A DNA stretch of 25,447 nucleotides from Chloroflexota bacterium (GTDB lineage Bacteria > Chloroflexota > Dehalococcoidia > UBA2979). Positions 19,824-25,447 of this stretch are shown one piece after another. A model generated the notes under the pieces. It was given only the letters and a program-made list of their open reading frames with translations, was not told the DNA's origin and ran no database searches. The stretch's first letter is position 1, and each line of letters begins with the position of its first letter. The translations under genes were made by a program, and so were the position numbers. The DNA lies in NCBI GenBank assembly GCA_027593235.1, contig JAQCIU010000042.1, positions 1 to 25,447 on the forward strand. The letters run 5' to 3'.

Positions 19824-21776
19824 CTAGTGGGTCGCCGCGGGAACGGCAACGCCGTCTTCGCTGCCGGCGTTGGTGAAGGTCATCCGGTAGAGGTCGGCGT
19901 ACACGCCCTCAGCGGCCATCAGCTCGTCGTGACTGCCAACCTCGACGATCTCGCCGTCGCGCATGACGACGATGCGGTCGGCGCTGCGGATGGTGGAGAG
20001 CCGGTGCGCGATCACGAACGAGGTGCGGCCCTTCAGCATCGTGGACAGCGCGCGCTGAATGATCTTCTCCGTGTGGGTGTCCACGTTGGCCGTCGCCTCA
20101 TCGAGGATCAGGATGCGCGGATCGGCGACGAGGGCGCGCGCGAAGGAGATGAGCTGGCGCTGGCCGACGGAGAGGTTCTGCCCACGCTCGTGGAGCACGG
20201 TGTCATAGCCGTTCGGCAGTTGTTCGACGAACTCATCAGCGCCGACCGCCACGGCGGCGGCGGTCACGTCTGCGTCCGAAGCGTCGAGCCGCCCGTAACG
20301 GATGTTCTCGCGGATGGTGCCCGAGAAGAGGTACGGCTCCTGCAGCACCACGCTCATCCGGCGGGTGAGCGACGCGCGCTGGAGCTGCGTCAGGTCGTGC
20401 CCATCCACGAGGATGCGCCCGCCCTGGATGTCGTAGGAGCGGTTCACGAGCGCGGTGACGGAGGTCTTGCCAGCACCCGTGTGACCAACCAGGGCAATCG
20501 ACTCGCCCGGCTCGACGTGCAGATCGAAGTCGCGGAGGACCGCGACGCCCTCGATGTAGCTGAACTTCACGTGCTCGAAGTCGACGCGGCCCTCGACGTC
20601 GGCAAGCTCGACCGCGCCCAGCGGATCGACGATCGCCGGCTCGGTATCGAGGACCTCGAAGATCCGATGGGCGCCGGCCATGGCGCGCTGGAGCATCGTG
20701 TACTGGAGGACGATGTCGCGGACCGGGTTGAAGAAGCGCTGGATGTAGAGGGTGAAGCCAAGCGCCAACCCGGCTGCCTCGGCGCCGGTAACGCGGCCGT
20801 CGAAGGCGCGCAGGCCGATCACGAACAGCACCAGCATCGTGGCGACGGTGGAGAGCACCTCGACAAGTGGCATCACGGAGGCCTGGAGCTTGGCGGCGTC
20901 CAGGTTCATGCGGCGGTTCTGGTCGTTGAGCGCCTCGAAGTGCTCGAGGTTCGTTTCCTCTCGCACCATCGACTGGACGACCCGCACGCCGGAGACGTTC
21001 TCGTTGATGTTGGCGTTGACGATCGCGATCGCCTGCCGCACGCGGATGAACGCGCGGGCGGCATAGCGCTGCCAGATCACCATGAAGACGAACAACAGCG
21101 GGATCACCGCGAGGGCGACCGTGGCAAGCACCGGATCGAGGAGGTAGACGAGGACGATGATAATCGTCAGCCCGAGCAGGTCGGAGAGCACGTTGAGGAA
21201 GCCCGAGGTCATCAGCTCCTGGAGCGTGACGACGTCGCTGGTGACGCGCGACATGATGCGGCCAACCTCTTCGCGGTCGTAGAAGCTGAGCGAGAGCCGG
21301 TTGAGATGGGCGAACATCATGCTGCGCAGATCGCGAAGCATATGGTGCCCGATGTACCCCGTCATCAGGCGTTGGAACATCGCCGACAGGAACATCACGC
21401 CGGCGAGAGCGACCAGCAGGAGCCCGTAGAACTGGGTGTCGGCGACCGCCTGATCGAGCGATTCGGGGGTGCCCTCCTGGACGGAGCCGATGATCCGCTT
21501 CACGGCGAGCGCCATGATGAACGGTGGCGCGTAGGAGGTGGCGGAGAGGATGACCGTGGAGATCAGCGCGCCGATCGCGCGCCACTTGTGCGGCCTGATG
21601 AAGGGGATCAGCCGGCGGATCAACGCGGTGTCGTAGACCTTGCCGAGGTCGTCATAGTCCCAACCATCGATCCCGCGACGGGTGGTCATGTCGACCTGCG
21701 TGCCGCGCCCGCGTTGCGGTCCGCCGCCGGGGCCGCCGCTCCAACCGCCGGCGCCTCCGCCGCCCCAGTAGGCCAT
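19824..21776 (-). CDS. Heterodimeric ABC exporter subunit (TMD+NBD), consensus Walker B/H-loop
   Basis: GHTGAGKT, LSVGQ, ILDEAT, IAHRL. Confidence 0.95.
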   Translation of the reverse strand: MAYWGGGGAGGWSGGPGGGPQRGRGTQVDMTTRRGIDGWDYDDLGKVYDTALIRRLIPFIRPHKWRAIGALISTVILSATSYAPPFIMALAVKRIIGSVQEGTPESLDQAVADTQFYGLLLVALAGVMFLSAMFQRLMTGYIGHHMLRDLRSMMFAHLNRLSLSFYDREEVGRIMSRVTSDVVTLQELMTSGFLNVLSDLLGLTIIIVLVYLLDPVLATVALAVIPLLFVFMVIWQRYAARAFIRVRQAIAIVNANINENVSGVRVVQSMVREETNLEHFEALNDQNRRMNLDAAKLQASVMPLVEVLSTVATMLVLFVIGLRAFDGRVTGAEAAGLALGFTLYIQRFFNPVRDIVLQYTMLQRAMAGAHRIFEVLDTEPAIVDPLGAVELADVEGRVDFEHVKFSYIEGVAVLRDFDLHVEPGESIALVGHTGAGKTSVTALVNRSYDIQGGRILVDGHDLTQLQRASLTRRMSVVLQEPYLFSGTIRENIRYGRLDASDADVTAAAVAVGADEFVEQLPNGYDTVLHERGQNLSVGQRQLISFARALVADPRILILDEATANVDTHTEKIIQRALSTMLKGRTSFVIAHRLSTIRSADRIVVMRDGEIVEVGSHDELMAAEGVYADLYRMTFTNAGSEDGVAVPAATH

Positions 21777-23629
21777 TACGCGCCACCACCCTCGGAGATG
21801 GCCGCGCCCTCGAGGACGGCAGCCGCGGCGGCTTCCTCCTGGTCGCGGAGCTCGAGGTCGTAGATCTGGCGGTAGAAGCCGGCCGCCTCGAGCAGTTGCT
21901 CGTGGCGACCCTGTTCGACGATCTCGCCGTCGCGCATGACGAGGATCTGGTCGGCCTCCATGACGGTGCGAAGGCGCTGGGCGATGACGAAGGTGGTGCG
22001 ACCGCGCATGAGGTTGCGCAGCGCCTCCTGGATCAGGAACTCCGTGCGCATGTCCACTGCCGCGGTGGAGTCATCGAAGATGAGCACCTTCGGGTCGAGC
22101 AGGAGCGTGCGGGCGATCGCGACGCGCTGACGCTGCCCACCGGAGAGCGTGGTGCCACGCTCTCCGACCCAGGTGTCGTAGCCGTCCGGCTGGGACACGA
22201 TGAAGTCATGGATCCGCGCGGCCTTGGCCGCGGCGATCACTTCGTCGTCGCTGGCATCGGGGCGGCCGTAGCGGATGTTGTCGCGAATGCTGGCAATGAA
22301 GAGGAAGACGTCCTGTTGCACGATGCCAATCGAGGTGCGGAGCGAGTCCAGGGTGACGTCGCGCACGTCCTGGCCGTCGATGAGGATGCGGCCGCCGGTC
22401 GGATCGTAGAAGCGCGGCAGCAGGTTGACGACGCTGGATTTGCCGGACCCGGTCGGGCCGAGCAGCGCGACAGTCTGTCCCGGCTGAGCGATCAGGTTGA
22501 CGTCGTGGAGCACGGGCGACTGGGCGTCGTACGCGAACGAGACGTTCTCGAAGCGCACCTCGCCGCGGGTCACCTCGAGCGGTTTCGCGTCGGCGCGCTC
22601 CTCGACCGGTGACCGTGCATCGACGATCTCGAAGACGCGGGCGCCGGCAGAGTGCGCGCGGGCGAAGATGTTGATGATGAAGCCGATGCTGCGCACGGGC
22701 ACCTGCATCAGCGTGAGGTAGAGCTGGAACGCGGTGAGTTCGCCAGCGGTCATGTTCCCCGCGCGGATCTCGATGACGCCGAACCAGAAGACGACCGCGA
22801 GTGAGAGCAGCCAGATGCCCTGCAGGAACGGTTCGTTGAACGCCTGAAAGCGGGCGGTTCGATAGGACTCGTGGAAAAGCGTGTCGACCTTCGCGTCGAA
22901 TTTCTGCTGCTCGAATTCGGCGCGGGAGAAGGCCTTCACCACGCGCTGGCCGGTGAGGTTCTCCTGCAGGACGTTGGCCATCTGGCCCTGCAGGTCTTGA
23001 ATCCCGAGCCAGATCGGACGCAGCTTCATGGTGACGATCGAGGCCTGGATGGCGACCACCGGGACGAAGGCGAAGGCGATCAGACCGACCTTGGCGTTGG
23101 CCGAGATCATCAGGCCGTAGGAGACGGCGACCAGGACGACGACGTAGGCGAGACGAATCACGCCCATGTTCACGAACATGCGGACGCCCTCGACGTCCTG
23201 GGTGGCCCGGGACATGACCTGACCGATCTCGGCCTTGTCGTGATACGCGTAGGAGAGTCGCTGGAGGCGCTCGTAGATGTCGTTGCGGAAGTCATAGGCC
23301 ATGGTCTGGCCGAGGCGTTCCGCGAGGTAGGTCTGGGCGTAGACGAAGAAGCCGCGCCCAATGGCCGCCGCAGCGAGCAGGCCAATCGTCACCATGAGGG
23401 TGCTCATGCTGCCTTCGACGCTGGTGACCTCGTCGCCCGCGAGGTTGGTACTCGTGACGACACCGAGGCCGGTATCGATGGCGTAGCCGGTCAGCCACGG
23501 CGCCGCGATCGTCAGCGCGCTGGCGCCAACAAGCGCGAAGATCGACGCGAACATCATGCTCCGGTGCCACCACGCGCGCGCCACGAGGCGCAGCAGCACG
23601 GGGGCATCCGGGTTGGTGGCGATGCTCAC
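21776..23629 (-). CDS. Heterodimeric ABC exporter subunit (TMD+NBD), degenerate site
   Basis: GPTGSGKS, LSGGQ, IFDDST, IAQRL. TAATG overlap with the partner. Start GTG 23629 after GGAG is uncertain. Confidence 0.93.
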   Translation of the reverse strand: MSIATNPDAPVLLRLVARAWWHRSMMFASIFALVGASALTIAAPWLTGYAIDTGLGVVTSTNLAGDEVTSVEGSMSTLMVTIGLLAAAAIGRGFFVYAQTYLAERLGQTMAYDFRNDIYERLQRLSYAYHDKAEIGQVMSRATQDVEGVRMFVNMGVIRLAYVVVLVAVSYGLMISANAKVGLIAFAFVPVVAIQASIVTMKLRPIWLGIQDLQGQMANVLQENLTGQRVVKAFSRAEFEQQKFDAKVDTLFHESYRTARFQAFNEPFLQGIWLLSLAVVFWFGVIEIRAGNMTAGELTAFQLYLTLMQVPVRSIGFIINIFARAHSAGARVFEIVDARSPVEERADAKPLEVTRGEVRFENVSFAYDAQSPVLHDVNLIAQPGQTVALLGPTGSGKSSVVNLLPRFYDPTGGRILIDGQDVRDVTLDSLRTSIGIVQQDVFLFIASIRDNIRYGRPDASDDEVIAAAKAARIHDFIVSQPDGYDTWVGERGTTLSGGQRQRVAIARTLLLDPKVLIFDDSTAAVDMRTEFLIQEALRNLMRGRTTFVIAQRLRTVMEADQILVMRDGEIVEQGRHEQLLEAAGFYRQIYDLELRDQEEAAAAAVLEGAAISEGGGA

Positions 23630-23741
23630 AAGACTCCAAACCGATCCACGGCGGACGTTGCCAGGCGCGTGGACCCGAAGCTCACAGTCTATAGACGGCT
23701 CGCGCGTAGATAAAAGGTTGGTGTGACAAAGCGGCGGTCGC

Positions 23742-24320
23742 TCAGCTTCCAACGCCCCGCTCAAGCAGCCGGTTACGCGCGAGCGTCGCCATCGGGTGCA
23801 CCTGTTCGTGCGCGGTGACCGCCTCACCTAACCGGAGATCGAGGTAGGCGAGCGCGGCGGCCTCGATCGAGCGGTCGGCGAGCACGCGGATCGGCGCGAG
23901 CGCCGGGTTACGCGACACCTTCGCCGGTTCGACCTTATCCGCGACGAACATCGCCCACGCTTCCGGCCCGTAGTCCGGATGCCCCGGCGTGTGCCAGCGA
24001 ATCGCCTCGAGGATTGCGCGGTCGTCGAGGCCAAAGCGCTCCTCGAGCTCGAGCGCCGCGACCGGGCCGTGGAGGATCACCGGCACGGCGCGCTCGACGG
24101 GATCGATCGCGAGGCCTCGGGATTCGGCACGCCGGAGCAGATCGTCAGGTGAGACGGCGCGCAGGAGGTCATGACCTTGCGCGGCGAGGCGAACCCAGCT
24201 GACATCGAGGCCGTGGCGGCGCGCAAGTTCGTCGGCGAGCGCCACCACGCGGTCGATGTGCGCGGCCATCGACGGCGGCAGCTCTGGCAGCATCCGCTCG
24301 CGCAACTCGTGATCGTCGAT
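23742..24320 (-). CDS. yqeK: HD-domain hydrolase, YqeK-like (Ap4A hydrolase family)
   Basis: HIDRV, GHDL, ILHG, AIRWHT.G, VADKVEP. The start is uncertain (ATC 24320, TTG 24305 or ATG 24293). Confidence 0.8.
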   Translation of the reverse strand: MDDHELRERMLPELPPSMAAHIDRVVALADELARRHGLDVSWVRLAAQGHDLLRAVSPDDLLRRAESRGLAIDPVERAVPVILHGPVAALELEERFGLDDRAILEAIRWHTPGHPDYGPEAWAMFVADKVEPAKVSRNPALAPIRVLADRSIEAAALAYLDLRLGEAVTAHEQVHPMATLARNRLLERGVGS

Positions 24321-24438
24321 GGCGTGTCTCCCCTGTTTCCGCTGATTGGGCGCTTCGTCAGGGAGTTTACGGATACGAGCGACCCCGTTCGCTGACTACC
24401 GTTGAAGCCGAACGAATCGCGAGTGACCGAGGGCCCCC

Positions 24439-25386
24439 ATGTCCGAACCCGCGTTGATGTCCCAGGCGACCATCGCGTCGCGCACCCAGCGGTTCCTGTC
24501 GCAATGGCCGGTGCCGTTCGCGATCGCGCTGCTCGGGGTCGCTGCGGGAGTCCTGCAGATCCTCGGCTGGGGTTGGACCGGCACCGGAGGGGCCGTCGCG
24601 ATTGGAGTGCCACTGCTGGTACTGCTGCATCAGAGCCGTGAACTGGCCGGGGCGACGGCGGCACGCCGCCTGCTCGCTGCCGAGGTGGAGGCGCTGCGGG
24701 ATGACGCCGCAGCGGTGGCACATGACCTGCGCTCTCCGCTGGTGACCGTCCGCTCCTATATCGAACTGGTCGACCAGGGGTCGTACGGCCCGCTCCCGAT
24801 CGAGGCGCGCCGCGCCCTCGAACGTGCGGTCGACGCCTCCTCGCGAGCCCAGTCGCTCGTCGAGTCGACGCTGCGACGCCACCGCGCCCGGCGAACCGAC
24901 GAGGCGTTGAACGGCCGCGCCGTGACACAACTCGACGCGGTGCTGCGCGACGTGCGGATCGGCCTCGGATCACAGCTCGCGGCCGCCAATGCGCGCATCG
25001 AGGTCGATCCGTTGCCGGCGGTGCTCGGGGACCGCGACGCGCTGATGCGCGTTTTCCAGAACCTGGTCGAGAACGCGATCAAGCACGCCGCGCCCGGATC
25101 GACACCACGGGTGCGAGTGAGCGCCTCGGTGTTCGGCCAGCGCTGCGAGATCGAGGTCCGTGACTGGGGTACGGGGATTCCACTCGGCGACCAGGAGCGC
25201 ATTTTCGCCCGCTATGAGCGGGGACAACGCTCCGAGGGTTCGGGGATCGGGCTCGCGACGGTGCGCCAGTTGATCGACGACCTCAGCGGTCAGGTCTGGA
25301 TCGACCCGGACGTCACCGACGGGACCAGCGTCCGGATCTCACTGCCGACGGTGACGGCCAGCGCGAAGCTGCCGATCGCCGCCTAG
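24439..25386 (+). CDS. Sensor histidine kinase
   Basis: Two N-terminal TM helices, H-box AHDLRSPL, N-box NLVENAIKH, DWGTGI, GSGIGL. Confidence 0.93.
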   Translation: MSEPALMSQATIASRTQRFLSQWPVPFAIALLGVAAGVLQILGWGWTGTGGAVAIGVPLLVLLHQSRELAGATAARRLLAAEVEALRDDAAAVAHDLRSPLVTVRSYIELVDQGSYGPLPIEARRALERAVDASSRAQSLVESTLRRHRARRTDEALNGRAVTQLDAVLRDVRIGLGSQLAAANARIEVDPLPAVLGDRDALMRVFQNLVENAIKHAAPGSTPRVRVSASVFGQRCEIEVRDWGTGIPLGDQERIFARYERGQRSEGSGIGLATVRQLIDDLSGQVWIDPDVTDGTSVRISLPTVTASAKLPIAA

Positions 25387-25447
25387 CTGTACTGACCACG
25401 GACATGTGAGACACGGCTGATGGGTGGGCGGCCACCGAGCGAGCCAT

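Noticed and set aside
19824-23629. Degenerate NBD motifs (DD, Q-switch, LSVGQ) as a sign of inactivation or novelty
   Set aside because: This is the standard asymmetry of heterodimeric ABC exporters.
23687-23696. Palindrome GTCTATAGAC upstream of the ABC pair
   Set aside because: Only 10 bp, coincides with a likely -10 (TAGACT), and no regulator is nearby. The support is insufficient.

Overview
High-GC, gene-dense bacterial chromosomal segment made mostly of core genes. Gene content and sequence style suggest Chloroflexota, probably Dehalococcoidia-like; this is an inference and was not searched. It carries prs, secA, dxs, a divergent heat-shock locus (hsp20 <- | -> cbpA/dnaJ-hspR-clpC) around a 35-bp HAIR-like operator, an MFS transporter, a crotonase, DsbA, rimI, ruvB with a LexA box, Rid/PaaI/PspC proteins, a heterodimeric ABC exporter, a YqeK-like HD hydrolase and a sensor kinase. 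I found no CRISPR, rRNA, tRNA, transposase or phage genes, and no clearly new multi-gene system. The most notable items are an in-frame TAG cutting the IXI motif off Hsp20, the divergent HspR operator with a probably leaderless cbpA, two truncated genes colliding at the left edge (one missing from the ORF track), a P-loop protein with a dead Walker A, a small HxH..CxC protein coupled to rimI, a possible ATC start, and TAG-dominated stop usage.
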